A stretch of 64,000 nucleotides of DNA. It comes from an uncultured Varibaculum sp. GTDB taxonomy: Bacteria > Actinomycetota > Actinomycetes > Actinomycetales > Actinomycetaceae. A program made the translations under genes and the position numbers. Position 1 is the first letter of the stretch, and each line of letters begins with the position of its first letter. The stretch covers positions 12,108 to 76,107 of the forward strand of contig NZ_CABTZZ010000003.1 of the NCBI RefSeq assembly GCF_902489465.1, written 5' to 3'. Below, in pieces: positions 10,275 through 20,234 of this stretch. The notes under the pieces were generated by a model. That model made no database searches and was not told the DNA's origin. It saw nothing but the letters and a program-made list of their open reading frames with translations.

Positions 10275-11117
10275 ATGCATGTAGATCCCGGTGGGCAGGC
10301 AGATCAGCGCGTGGCGGTAATTATTCCCGCAAAAGATGAGGCCGAGCGTATTGGGATGACTGTTAGAGCAGTAAAAGCGCTACCATTTGTCGACCTGGAC
10401 TTAATCGTAGTGGTAGATGATGGTTCTTCAGATGATACTCGCGAAGTGGCCAGACAAGCCGGGGCGGTAACCGTCCGTCACACCGTTAATCGCGGTAAAG
10501 CTTCTTCCATGGAAACTGGCGCCAAAGTAGTAGCAATGCGGGCTATCAAGGGGGAAAAACCGCCACTGCTATTATTCTTAGACGCTGACCTAGCTGATAG
10601 TGCGGCTGAAGCGGCTCCATTAATCGAGCCAGTTATTACCGGAGAGGCCGACTGCAGTATTGCGGTTTTACCCAAGCCGACTGGGGCAGGCGGACATGGA
10701 TTTGTACTGGGATTATCAAGATGGGCGATTAGACGTACTACCGGCTGGAATCCGCAAGCTCCCCTGTCGGGGCAACGCTGTCTAACCACGGCAGCTTTCC
10801 AAGCAGCTCTTCCCTTGGCAGCTGGCTGGGGAGTCGAAACGGATATGACGATTAGCCTGCTTAGTGCGGGTTTCTCGGTTAAAGAGGTGCCGGTAAACTT
10901 TACACACCGGGTTAGCCGGCGGGATTTTAAATCCCAGATGCATCGCCTGCATCAGTTTATTGACGTGGCGAAAGCCCTAGGTCGGCTGCGTGCCCGCCGG
11001 GTGCATGTCAAACCCCATAAGTTCTTAGATGCGGCGTTGAAACAAAAACCGGGCGAAGTTTATCGAGCTAAGCCCCGCGAAGTTGCTGGTAAAGACGCAA
11101 AGAGCGCCGAACAGTAA
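10275..11117 (+). CDS. Family 2 glycosyltransferase
   Basis: 280-aa ORF. It has VAVIIPAKDEAERI...VVVDDGSSDDT (GT-A DxD-type signature). Confidence 0.8.
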   Translation: MHVDPGGQADQRVAVIIPAKDEAERIGMTVRAVKALPFVDLDLIVVVDDGSSDDTREVARQAGAVTVRHTVNRGKASSMETGAKVVAMRAIKGEKPPLLLFLDADLADSAAEAAPLIEPVITGEADCSIAVLPKPTGAGGHGFVLGLSRWAIRRTTGWNPQAPLSGQRCLTTAAFQAALPLAAGWGVETDMTISLLSAGFSVKEVPVNFTHRVSRRDFKSQMHRLHQFIDVAKALGRLRARRVHVKPHKFLDAALKQKPGEVYRAKPREVAGKDAKSAEQ

Positions 11118-14100
11118 GCCAGAGCGGTAAGTAACAGTCCCGTGGCGGGCAGCTGAGTACCGGAATCATTGAGTAAATAGGCGAATAACTGGTTGATCCC
11201 GATAGCTAACAGAGTGATCCTAAGGGTACTTTCTTTCTTTGCCAGCGGGGTTTCTCCCAGTTGCGGACGCACGCGGGCAAATATCCAGGTGATAGAGGTT
11301 GCCAATTCTCGCAGATAGGTGCGGCCGCGCTGCCAGTATTTCTTGGAGTATTCCTCTTGTCTACGCGGGGGAGTAAGGGGAGCTAAAGCAAGATTGTCGG
11401 GCAGGAAAAGATTCGTCGGCATTGGAGTTAGGGACAGCGCGGGAAATACTAGGAGTACGAAAACTAGTAGGCAACACAGTAGTGACCAAACATAGGTTAT
11501 TGATCCCCAGCTAGCCAGGTTAGCAAGGATTTTCCGGGTAATAATCACCTGAAGGTCACCGTTAATAACAGACTGTACAAAGTTTCCGAGATGCGTTCTT
11601 TGAGAAGCAGGACGCATCCAGTCGGCAAATGCCAGTCCTACGGAAGCTCCTGCCGCCACCATGAGCACCACGAGTATCCGTTTTATTCCTATCCGTTTTC
11701 CGTTAAGTAAGAGCACCAGTACTAAGAAGCCGGGTAAGAAGGATATCGGTCCCCCAAAATCGGCTCCATAACGCGGGAGACCATCTATCACCATAAAAGC
11801 TATCGCTAAGAGGTCGATCAACAAGTTAGCTAACCAGACTTGGCGCCGAGAATTCTTTTTGCGTTCGAAAGCTGCAGGTCGTCCTAGGGAGGTAACACAT
11901 CCGCATAGCAGCAGGGTCCAGATGGCACACACTGAGTAATAGACATTTCCAAACCCAAAGAAGCGGGCTCCTAGTAGGGAAAATGATCCGAAGGGGGAGT
12001 CCATGGAAATGTGAGAACCGGTGGCGACATCTAAACAAATGAAAAAGGTACTGAAAGCGGCAACTAGCAACGCCGGTCCAATGGGGCGATCACGCCAGGG
12101 ACCAGTGCAGGCAACCAGAGCTAGTGAGGAGGCAATTAAGACGCTGGTAGTAATGAAAAAACTGGTGGGTGCTTCGGCTTCCCACCATGGTAACATCGCG
12201 GCTCCCAGGCAAGCAGCGGGTAAGGAAGCCAGCGCTAGACAAAGGAACTGTCCGAGCATGCCCAGTTGAATCTGCAAATGAGGACGTCGCGGATTCGGTT
12301 TTATGGCTAGTAAAGAAACTAGGCACAACGCTAGTACTAATAAAGACCCAGCTGCGAAGCCTACAAATTTGTTTGGCGGGAGTCCCAAGCGTGCATAGCT
12401 AGCATCGGCGCGTTGAGAGGTACTCACGAGACGCTCGAGGCGATCAGCACTATCAGTGGAGGCATTGCTGCTAATCATTAGGGAAGAACCCGAGGTACTC
12501 AACTTGTCGTTGCGGGCGCCCAACCAGTCCAAAACCGTGGCCGGTAAATCCGCGGTTTGGGCAATCCCCACCTGGTGGGTAGAGGGCGAATACGCGATCC
12601 CCTCCGAGATCCCCTTCCCATAGACCAGGGCGGCTTGTAACCGTTGCTGGGCGGAATCGGGGTTAGTCGATACCACCAGGGCACGGGTATTCTCTGGCAG
12701 CGCCGCTAAGGTGTTCTTCAGGGCGGTAATCTGTTTTTCCTGTTGGGCTAGGGTGATGCGATCCGGTAACTTTTCCCGCAGATCAGGATAGGTAGCTATA
12801 GTAGGAAACAACCGATGATTTTGTTTTCGGGTCTGGGTTAGGTAGTCCGGATCTAGTCCCGGGTCTTGACTAAGCACAGTGGAAAGATCTACCAAGTGCA
12901 AGGCGTCAGGAGAAAAGGTGCTGTCAGAATCCCCGAATAGGCCCGGGGAGGCTGGGGGAGTAGGATTTACCTGCGGGTTCATTTCTGAGCGGCGCAGATT
13001 ATTTCTATCTTGCATCTGGTTACGGCCATTTTTTGCGTCAGTAACTAGCGTTCCCGCTTGCAAAGAGTTTCCCGAGAGGGAACCGCCATTTTGTAATAGC
13101 CAAATCGGATCCCAAATATCTGATTTTTCCAGTTGGGATTTCCCGGAGGCAGGATCCAGGAAATAGAAAATATCTTGCTGCTGTGCCCCCACCTCGCTGG
13201 TCTGTCGGTCCGGATTGAGGTTTTGGGATCCCGCTTGCGCATCAATCAAGGTCAGAGCATGAGAGGAAACCATACTCCGTACTGCCTGAGCGTATCCGGC
13301 GGCCAGGGGATCAATATCGCTTACTTCTCCGCGGATAATTCCTTCCTCATCTGCTAGAGCCAAAGCGGCACTATTTCCGATAGCTCCCGCAGAAATTTGG
13401 GCGTCTTGCAGCTGCTCAACAAAAATCCCAGGCTTGGCTGCAAGGGAGCTGGCGATAGCCGAGCGCTGATAGTAATCCCACATTTGTACCCGTTTCCCGT
13501 CACTTAAAGGCTCCGGCTGTAGGCAAAGGTTACGTCCCGCCAGCGAGTATCGCGACAGGGGTCGGCCAGCAGAAAATGTTAACCAGGCATCCTGGGGACA
13601 AGCCATAGCCTTAAAAGGGTAGGGAGCTAAGGTAAACAGCGCCCCGTTTCTAACTGCCGGGGAACTGCCTGCCAGTTCTGGCGGCGCTGCCATTAGGTCT
13701 TCCCAAGGAAGCCCTGAAGTGAAAACCACCGCCACTTTGGTATCCGTGGATTGGGGTAAGGAGTCAATCTTGGTGGCCGGGGCATCGGGGCTAACTCCAA
13801 AAGTCCCGATTATTCCGGCTCCCCCTAGGGATAGTGCCCCCATCACTGCAACTATCGAAACTGTTCGGAAATACGAACTGGAACCCGAAGCGCAGGGCGA
13901 ATCCACAACCGGATGGGAGTAAGTCAAAAATGCCACAGTTAAAGGAGCGAGGAAAAGCAGGGCACAGATCAGAGCCGACGCTCCTGCCCACAGCCACAAG
14001 CCAATAAATAAGGCTACCGCCGTTACCGCACTAATCGCTCGGCATTTAATACGGTTTCGGCGCCAAAAAGTATCTAGAGGCGGTAAGGACGCTAGCAGGC

Positions 14101-15664
14101 AAACCGCGGCTAGTAGCAAGCAGCTAAGCATCAAGGCGGCGGCTTCAGCAGATAGTCGCCAAAAGAAGGGGCCATCTAAAACGCTATAGCCCAAAGGGGT
14201 TCCCACTTGGGTATATTCAGATTGTTTGCGCGTGCAGAGCAAAATCCCCAAGGTGAGGGCACTTGCAGCTATCCCTGCCCTGCGCGCCAGTGGGGCAGGA
14301 GAAAAAGCGAAAGATTGTCGCAGGGCTGAAACGAACAGCGCTAACAGGGCAGTAAAAAGTAAAGCAACAAGAGCTATCGCGCCACTAGTCCAGCCGGGAG
14401 ATACTGCCCAGTCAGCACCTAATAGGTAGTAGAGACCAAAAGAAGCCGGAGAAAGGAAAGCAGTAAAAACTGCAGCGACGCTTAGGGGAATTCGGATGCG
14501 ACGGAGCTTAAGTTTTCCGCGCTTCCGGTTCCACAGGTATCCCCCTAAGACTAAAAAGAAACCGCAGGCGATAGCCAGATAAAGCCAGATTTTAGTGTTG
14601 GTACTGGCGGCAGAAAGCTGAACCTGGTTTTGTAAATAATCTAAACGCTGTTGCAGGTTTTTTTCTGTCGAACTGCTGGCAGCATTTTCTAAGTTTATTA
14701 ACGGTTGTAACTGCCCTGGAATACTGTCAGCAGTTAGCGGCGATCCTTGGTTTCCAGCAGGCACCGGTAGGGAGAAATGAGAAAGAATCTGAGCGTTAAT
14801 ATCTGCTAAAGTGCTTAGACCGGCAGCGTTGGTGCTAGCGGAGGTTGCTAGGCCGGTACCGCTAGCTGGGGAATAGTTCAGCAAATAGGGCGCAGTGTTT
14901 TTTACATCGGCCACTAGGGACAGGGAAATCATCCCCGACTTGGGGCTTAACCCGGCCAGCGCTCCCTCCAGCATTTGTAGTTGCCGCTCGGATGGGGAAA
15001 GGGAGCTCAGATCTACTACGGTGAGCCCGCCCTCGGCCAAACTGGCTTTCACTTTAGCCGTCAGTTCCGGGACGGATTCTGGTAGCGTGGCATAGTTTTT
15101 CACGGAGCCGTTACCGTGAGCCAGCAATAAGCCCGCCTGGGAGCCGATTGCACGCATTTTAATTCCGAAGGCTTCTAAAACGCCCGCTAATTGTCCCGGG
15201 CGTGCCTGCTGAGTTTCTTGCCAGTAGTTTTCGCCAATTCCTGCTATTTTCCCGGCCGCTACCGCGGCTCTAGGGCAGGGGTGCGCCAGGTGGGCAGGAT
15301 AGCCATTTTGTATGGTTAACACAGATTCGCTAAGGCATCCTGAGGTATTAACAGTGCCGACTGCCCCCGCCGAGGCGTATTTTGCGAGCTGCGGGTATTG
15401 CTTCAAATTGGGGGAGATTTGTTGCCAAGACAGATCCCGAGTTAGCACTAACAGTAGGGGATCTCTTACCCGCGGTTTGGAATAGGTATCTAGGTTAGGG
15501 TAGTAGATCTTTTGCGCTGGAGTAAGCCCCTTAGGGGCAGGTTCTGGTTCCCAAGTGGTCGCCGCCGCTGGCCTAACCGGTAAGACTAGTAATACCAACA
15601 AAAAACTAAACAGGAGGGCGCTGCCTAAACGGGAAAGGTGCCTTACTGTTTTTGCCACAGCCAT
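11060..15664 (-). CDS. Very large polytopic membrane protein of unknown function, organised as signal/anchor, soluble domain, ~7 TM, soluble domain, ~11 TM
   Basis: 1534-aa uninterrupted ORF. Hydrophobic helices cluster at about aa 350-620 and 1090-1534. Each of the two predicted extracytoplasmic domains begins with a similar strand motif (LLLVLTRDLSWQQI and VAVVFTSGLPWEDL). Confidence 0.75.
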   Translation of the reverse strand: MAVAKTVRHLSRLGSALLFSFLLVLLVLPVRPAAATTWEPEPAPKGLTPAQKIYYPNLDTYSKPRVRDPLLLVLTRDLSWQQISPNLKQYPQLAKYASAGAVGTVNTSGCLSESVLTIQNGYPAHLAHPCPRAAVAAGKIAGIGENYWQETQQARPGQLAGVLEAFGIKMRAIGSQAGLLLAHGNGSVKNYATLPESVPELTAKVKASLAEGGLTVVDLSSLSPSERQLQMLEGALAGLSPKSGMISLSLVADVKNTAPYLLNYSPASGTGLATSASTNAAGLSTLADINAQILSHFSLPVPAGNQGSPLTADSIPGQLQPLINLENAASSSTEKNLQQRLDYLQNQVQLSAASTNTKIWLYLAIACGFFLVLGGYLWNRKRGKLKLRRIRIPLSVAAVFTAFLSPASFGLYYLLGADWAVSPGWTSGAIALVALLFTALLALFVSALRQSFAFSPAPLARRAGIAASALTLGILLCTRKQSEYTQVGTPLGYSVLDGPFFWRLSAEAAALMLSCLLLAAVCLLASLPPLDTFWRRNRIKCRAISAVTAVALFIGLWLWAGASALICALLFLAPLTVAFLTYSHPVVDSPCASGSSSYFRTVSIVAVMGALSLGGAGIIGTFGVSPDAPATKIDSLPQSTDTKVAVVFTSGLPWEDLMAAPPELAGSSPAVRNGALFTLAPYPFKAMACPQDAWLTFSAGRPLSRYSLAGRNLCLQPEPLSDGKRVQMWDYYQRSAIASSLAAKPGIFVEQLQDAQISAGAIGNSAALALADEEGIIRGEVSDIDPLAAGYAQAVRSMVSSHALTLIDAQAGSQNLNPDRQTSEVGAQQQDIFYFLDPASGKSQLEKSDIWDPIWLLQNGGSLSGNSLQAGTLVTDAKNGRNQMQDRNNLRRSEMNPQVNPTPPASPGLFGDSDSTFSPDALHLVDLSTVLSQDPGLDPDYLTQTRKQNHRLFPTIATYPDLREKLPDRITLAQQEKQITALKNTLAALPENTRALVVSTNPDSAQQRLQAALVYGKGISEGIAYSPSTHQVGIAQTADLPATVLDWLGARNDKLSTSGSSLMISSNASTDSADRLERLVSTSQRADASYARLGLPPNKFVGFAAGSLLVLALCLVSLLAIKPNPRRPHLQIQLGMLGQFLCLALASLPAACLGAAMLPWWEAEAPTSFFITTSVLIASSLALVACTGPWRDRPIGPALLVAAFSTFFICLDVATGSHISMDSPFGSFSLLGARFFGFGNVYYSVCAIWTLLLCGCVTSLGRPAAFERKKNSRRQVWLANLLIDLLAIAFMVIDGLPRYGADFGGPISFLPGFLVLVLLLNGKRIGIKRILVVLMVAAGASVGLAFADWMRPASQRTHLGNFVQSVINGDLQVIITRKILANLASWGSITYVWSLLCCLLVFVLLVFPALSLTPMPTNLFLPDNLALAPLTPPRRQEEYSKKYWQRGRTYLRELATSITWIFARVRPQLGETPLAKKESTLRITLLAIGINQLFAYLLNDSGTQLPATGLLLTALAYCSALFASLPATSRGLAR

Positions 15665-15736
15665 ATTCTACGGTCTCAATAAGGGTAAAGGGCATTTTTC
15701 CTAGTATCGTGAAAATAGTTGATAAAGGAAGCGGAG

Positions 15737-16669
15737 ATGAATACTGCAGTTACTAACTATGCGTTCTTAGGGCCGGTAGGTACTTTTTGTCACCAGGCAT
15801 TGCTGCAAGTGGCAACGGCTGATGCCCAGCTGATTCCCTGTGCCGGGGAACGCCTCGCTATGGATATGGTGCGGGAAGGGAAAGCCGAGCGGGCAGTGGT
15901 GCCTATCGAAAACTCTATTGAAGGAGGCGTGAGCGCCACTTTGGATTCCCTGGGATGGGACAAACGCCTGCAAATCGTGGCGGAAATGATTGTCCCGGTA
16001 GGGTTCACCTTAGCGGTGCGGGAAGGGACGCAGCTTTCCGAGATTACCCGCATCGGTACCCATTCTCACGCCTGGGCTCAGTGCCGCAACTGGGTAGCAG
16101 ACCATCTGCCGGGGGCGGTTCATGTAGCCACCACATCCACGGCGGAATCAGCGCGGATGCTTTCCGAGGGAGATGCGGGTTTCCAAGCGGTGCTAGCCTC
16201 GGGGGCAGCAGTAACGACCTATGGGCTTACGCCTCTTTACGAGGACGTGGCCGATAATCCCGGGGCAGTTACCCGTTTCGTGGAAGTGGCAAATCCCGGT
16301 CACGTACCTCAGCCCTGTGGAGCTGATAAAACCACTATTCAAGTACGGTTACCTAATGATTACCGTTCAGGGGCGCTGCTGGAAATGCTGCAACAGTTTT
16401 CGGCACGGGGAATCAACTTGAGTCGTATCGAGTCGCGTCCTCTAGCTGGGCATCCGGGGCGCTATGTGTTCAGTATTGATCTGGATGGACACGTTAGAGA
16501 AGAGCGAGTGCAATCTGCACTGCGTGGGCTGTACCGGATCAGTGAAGACTTACGGTTCTTAGGTTCCTATGCGCGTGCTGACCAGGTGCGAAATGATCAT
16601 GCTCCCCGCACGGGAGACCGTGATTTTCAGCGTGCTCGGGGCTGGGTGGAGTCGATTTTACAAAAGTAG
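15737..16669 (+). CDS. pheA: Prephenate dehydratase
   Basis: The ORF track starts at TTG 15719. I prefer ATG 15737, which is preceded by AAGGAAGCGGAG. It has a PDT domain (FLGPVGTFCHQA, IENSIEGGV) plus a C-terminal ACT domain (ESRP motif: LSRIESRPL). Confidence 0.85.
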   Translation: MNTAVTNYAFLGPVGTFCHQALLQVATADAQLIPCAGERLAMDMVREGKAERAVVPIENSIEGGVSATLDSLGWDKRLQIVAEMIVPVGFTLAVREGTQLSEITRIGTHSHAWAQCRNWVADHLPGAVHVATTSTAESARMLSEGDAGFQAVLASGAAVTTYGLTPLYEDVADNPGAVTRFVEVANPGHVPQPCGADKTTIQVRLPNDYRSGALLEMLQQFSARGINLSRIESRPLAGHPGRYVFSIDLDGHVREERVQSALRGLYRISEDLRFLGSYARADQVRNDHAPRTGDRDFQRARGWVESILQK

Positions 16670-16714
16670 GTCACGAGTTCGCGATTATGAGCTATGCAGA
16701 TCTCTAGGAGTTTC

Positions 16715-17800
16715 CTAGGGGATGCGTACCACTACTGCTCCGCGATCTAAAGACGCAGAAATCTCCCGGTAGCTACCCACCGTATCGCCATCGACTTGAA
16801 TCATCCGCGGCTCCCCGTGCACCTTGGCACTGGCGGTCCGGGTACGGATCACATCGGTTTTTGAAACCAAGCCTGCGGTTAGTCTTTTCAACCCCAAAGT
16901 GTCACGAAATACCCTAGTGGTGACTTCTAGTAAACCGATTAGGCCTCCCCGCACGCTCAGCATTAGTACCTCAAGCCAACCATCATGAGGATTAGCTTCT
17001 GGGAGTAAAGGAATCCCGCCAACCAGTTCCCCACAAGAGGCAAAGAGCAGGGTATTTACTTTACGAGTACGGGTATGGGATTGGTCTCCAAAGGAAATAT
17101 CCATAGTGATAGGAGGATTGTTAGAGGCTGCGATACCCGACACTACATAGGCTCCCCATCCGATTGAGGCTTTTAATTTAGTCGATACCTTGTCCATAAC
17201 TTCCGCGTCATATCCGATACCCGCCATCACCAGGAAAGGAAAATCTTCTCCAGTTTCAGTTTTTAGATGCCCTAAATCGACTTCGGTATTTTTACCTGTA
17301 AAAGCAATTTCGCAGGCTCGTCGCAAAGAATCAACCGGGATATTAAGGTTTCTGGCCAAAAGATTTCCGGTTCCTAGTGGCAAAATCCCCAGCGGAATCC
17401 GGCTCTCGGCCAGGGTTGCTGCAATAATCCGTAATGTGCCATCTCCACCAGCTGAAATAACCAGTCCTACCTGTTGCTCAATTGCTTGTTTTGCCTGATT
17501 TTTTCCTAAGGATTCCTCGTCCGTTTCGAGAAAAATAGGTTCGTCATACCCGGTGGCTTGGGCGCGTTGGGTTACAGTGCGCTGGAAATCATCCAGGTTA
17601 GAAATCTTTGTAGGGTTATAAATAATCGCTACCCGTTTGGAAGAGTCATTAGCGCAGGTAGTGGTAGGCGCAGAAAATCCTCGTTTAATCGCAAGTTTCA
17701 TTGCCCGGGTGGCAATCCGGCGGGCACTAATCGCCGCGGACAAGGCAATAATCCCTACAGCCAGCGCCGCGATTACCAAAATCCAGAGCACAGTGGTCAT
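16715..17800 (-). CDS. Diacylglycerol kinase-family lipid kinase (YegS/DagK-like) with an N-terminal TM anchor
   Basis: 361-aa ORF with the GGDGT motif (ISAGGDGTLRI) and LPLGTGN. Confidence 0.8.
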   Translation of the reverse strand: MTTVLWILVIAALAVGIIALSAAISARRIATRAMKLAIKRGFSAPTTTCANDSSKRVAIIYNPTKISNLDDFQRTVTQRAQATGYDEPIFLETDEESLGKNQAKQAIEQQVGLVISAGGDGTLRIIAATLAESRIPLGILPLGTGNLLARNLNIPVDSLRRACEIAFTGKNTEVDLGHLKTETGEDFPFLVMAGIGYDAEVMDKVSTKLKASIGWGAYVVSGIAASNNPPITMDISFGDQSHTRTRKVNTLLFASCGELVGGIPLLPEANPHDGWLEVLMLSVRGGLIGLLEVTTRVFRDTLGLKRLTAGLVSKTDVIRTRTASAKVHGEPRMIQVDGDTVGSYREISASLDRGAVVVRIP

Positions 17801-17961
17801 AGCTGCTAGTTTAGAACATTTGCAGTCATCTTAGAGTAACGGGGAAGCTCAGTAAGGATTGGCGGGGCTCAACTGACCAATACTGCCAGGAATTCCGCTA
17901 CCACTTACTCGTTAGAAAAAACAAGATGAGAAGCGATGCCCGGTGAGGATATGATAAACCC

Positions 17962-19245
17962 ATGATTGATATTCGTCAGTTGCGTGAGGATCCGCAGCCA
18001 GCAAAAGATTCCCTAATCGCCCGCGGGGATGATCCCGCGCGGATCGATGAAGTACTGGCCGCAGATGGGCTCCGACTCAAAAAACAGCAAGAATTCGAAG
18101 CGATGCGCGCGGAGCAAAAAGCGCTGTCGAAGAGCATTGGGCGAGCTGAACCCAGCGAGCGGCCGCAAGTACTTGCCAAGGCGAAAGAGCTGGCAGCAAA
18201 AGTTAAAGAAGCCGAGGCCGAGGCGGGAGCAGCTTCCGCTAAAGCACAGGATCTCCTGGCGGCACTGCCCAATATCATCATTCCCGGGATTCCCTCCGGT
18301 GGCGAGGATGACTATGTAGTTCTCGCTCACCGCGGGCAGCCGATTCGAGACTTCGCAGCGGAGGGAATCAAAGTCCGCGACCACCTGGAAATCGGAGAGA
18401 TGCTGCAGGCAATCGACGTTAAGCGAGGCGCTAAAGTATCTGGCTCCCGTTTCTACTATCTACGAGGCATCGGGGCACGCCTGGAACTGGCGCTGCTTAC
18501 CTGCGCCTGGGATTTGGCAGAGCAGCATGGATTTATTCCCATGACTACTCCCACCATGGTCACCCCCGATACGATGCGGGGAACCGGTTTCTTAACCGAG
18601 CATTCCGAAGAAATCTACTACCTACCCGCCGATGACCTCTACCTGGTAGGTACCTCCGAGGTTGCCCTCGGTGGTTACCATGGCGGGGAAATCCTGGAAC
18701 TAGGGGAAGCGCCTCTACGTTATTCCGGCTGGTCAGCCTGCTACCGGCGGGAGGCCGGGTCGCATGGAAAAGATGTGCGCGGAATTATTCGGGTACACCA
18801 GTTCAACAAGGTAGAAATGTTCTCTTATTGCCGTCCAGAAGTATCTGAAGCGGAACACCAGCGCCTATTGGCATTGGAAGAGGAAATGTTGCAAAAAGTT
18901 GAACTGCCATATCGGGTAATCGATACCGCAGCTGGGGACTTGGGAACTTCAGCAGCCCGCAAGTTCGACTGCGAAGCCTGGCTGCCCAGCCAAGAACGCT
19001 ACTTAGAGCTAACCTCTACCTCCAACTGCACCACCTATCAGGCCCGTCGCCTGGGGATTCGCTACCGGGACGAGAACGGAAAAACTCAGCCGGTCGCTAC
19101 TTTGAACGGTACTTTAGCCTGTACTCGTTGGCTGGTAGCTATCCTGGAGAATCATCAGCAAGCCGATGGGTCAGTGTATGTACCGCAGGCGCTGCGTCCC
19201 TACCTGGGTGGGAAAGAAATCCTGGAGCCAGTTCCGAACGCCTAA
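17962..19245 (+). CDS. serS: Serine--tRNA ligase
   Basis: 427-aa ORF with an N-terminal coiled-coil arm and class II motifs ([19 protein letters not shown]). Confidence 0.95.
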   Translation: MIDIRQLREDPQPAKDSLIARGDDPARIDEVLAADGLRLKKQQEFEAMRAEQKALSKSIGRAEPSERPQVLAKAKELAAKVKEAEAEAGAASAKAQDLLAALPNIIIPGIPSGGEDDYVVLAHRGQPIRDFAAEGIKVRDHLEIGEMLQAIDVKRGAKVSGSRFYYLRGIGARLELALLTCAWDLAEQHGFIPMTTPTMVTPDTMRGTGFLTEHSEEIYYLPADDLYLVGTSEVALGGYHGGEILELGEAPLRYSGWSACYRREAGSHGKDVRGIIRVHQFNKVEMFSYCRPEVSEAEHQRLLALEEEMLQKVELPYRVIDTAAGDLGTSAARKFDCEAWLPSQERYLELTSTSNCTTYQARRLGIRYRDENGKTQPVATLNGTLACTRWLVAILENHQQADGSVYVPQALRPYLGGKEILEPVPNA

Positions 19246-19327
19246 ATCTGAGTGCAAAGCGTGAAAGGATTAACCCAGGGCGCCCTCGCGCATCCCGAGA
19301 TAATTATTTAAAGGACGGAGAGATTCG

Positions 19328-20188
19328 ATGGCTGATTACCTGGAGTATCCTCAGGGAGATTATGTGCCTCAAGTAGTTGAGCGTGCCCTCGAGAGCTGCA
19401 GAAGCTATGGGGAAGATATTGCTACTGCCGCGGTAGTTCCAGAAAATGATTGTGCCCGCGTACAATTTATCGCTCTCCAGGATGGCCGCATCTGTGGGAT
19501 CCCCGTTGCTCGCGAAGTACTAACGCAAGTACTGGGAGACTATGACTTGCATTTGCGGATTGCGGATGGCACCACGGTAACTGCGGGAACTCCAATTTTG
19601 GAACTGAGTGGTAATACTCGCGGCCTTTTGGAAGCCAGAGATCTTTGCCTCTGGTTCTTATCGCATCTGTCGGGGATCGCAACTAGGACCGCGCAGTGGG
19701 CGCAGGCACTTTCGCAGACGAAACTGGTAGTCAGGGATACTCTCTCGGTTACTCCCGGCTTAGGCGAACTCGAAAAATATGCGGTTAGAGTCGGGGAGGG
19801 GATGACTTCGCGCCTGGGGGTTGGTTCTTTCCCGCGGGTGACGGTGGAACATCTGAAATTGGGAACCGGCCTGGGAGACGTTATCAACCACGTGCGTACG
19901 GCGGCCAAGGGTAAACCGATCGAGGTAGAAATAGATCGCCTGCAAGACTTAGATCCTTTGTTAAAAATGCGGGTTGACCTGGTAGCTTTGCAGGGATTCA
20001 CCCCTGAACAGGCAGCCATGGCAGCTGATCACCGCCAGACAATTAATCCCGGAACCCTGCTGGAAGTCAGGGGGGATCTAGACCTGGAAGACGCCGGTGC
20101 ATATGGCGATTCTGGAGTGGATTATGTGGCGGTGCCCGCTCTAACTGACACGGTTACCCCCGTGCGTCACCAGATGAGTTTTGTCTAG
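19328..20188 (+). CDS. NadC-like (quinolinate/nicotinate phosphoribosyltransferase fold) protein with substituted catalytic motifs
   Basis: 286-aa ORF that keeps the PGLxxLEKYAVRxG core of the NadC family. However, DTRKT is DTLSV, GGGxNHR is GEGMTSR and LIKDNH is VTVEHL (see findings). Confidence 0.7.
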   Translation: MADYLEYPQGDYVPQVVERALESCRSYGEDIATAAVVPENDCARVQFIALQDGRICGIPVAREVLTQVLGDYDLHLRIADGTTVTAGTPILELSGNTRGLLEARDLCLWFLSHLSGIATRTAQWAQALSQTKLVVRDTLSVTPGLGELEKYAVRVGEGMTSRLGVGSFPRVTVEHLKLGTGLGDVINHVRTAAKGKPIEVEIDRLQDLDPLLKMRVDLVALQGFTPEQAAMAADHRQTINPGTLLEVRGDLDLEDAGAYGDSGVDYVAVPALTDTVTPVRHQMSFV

Positions 20189-20234
20189 TCTTTTTACCTG
20201 TCCCCAAAGAACACATCAACAAAGGAGCTGAACA

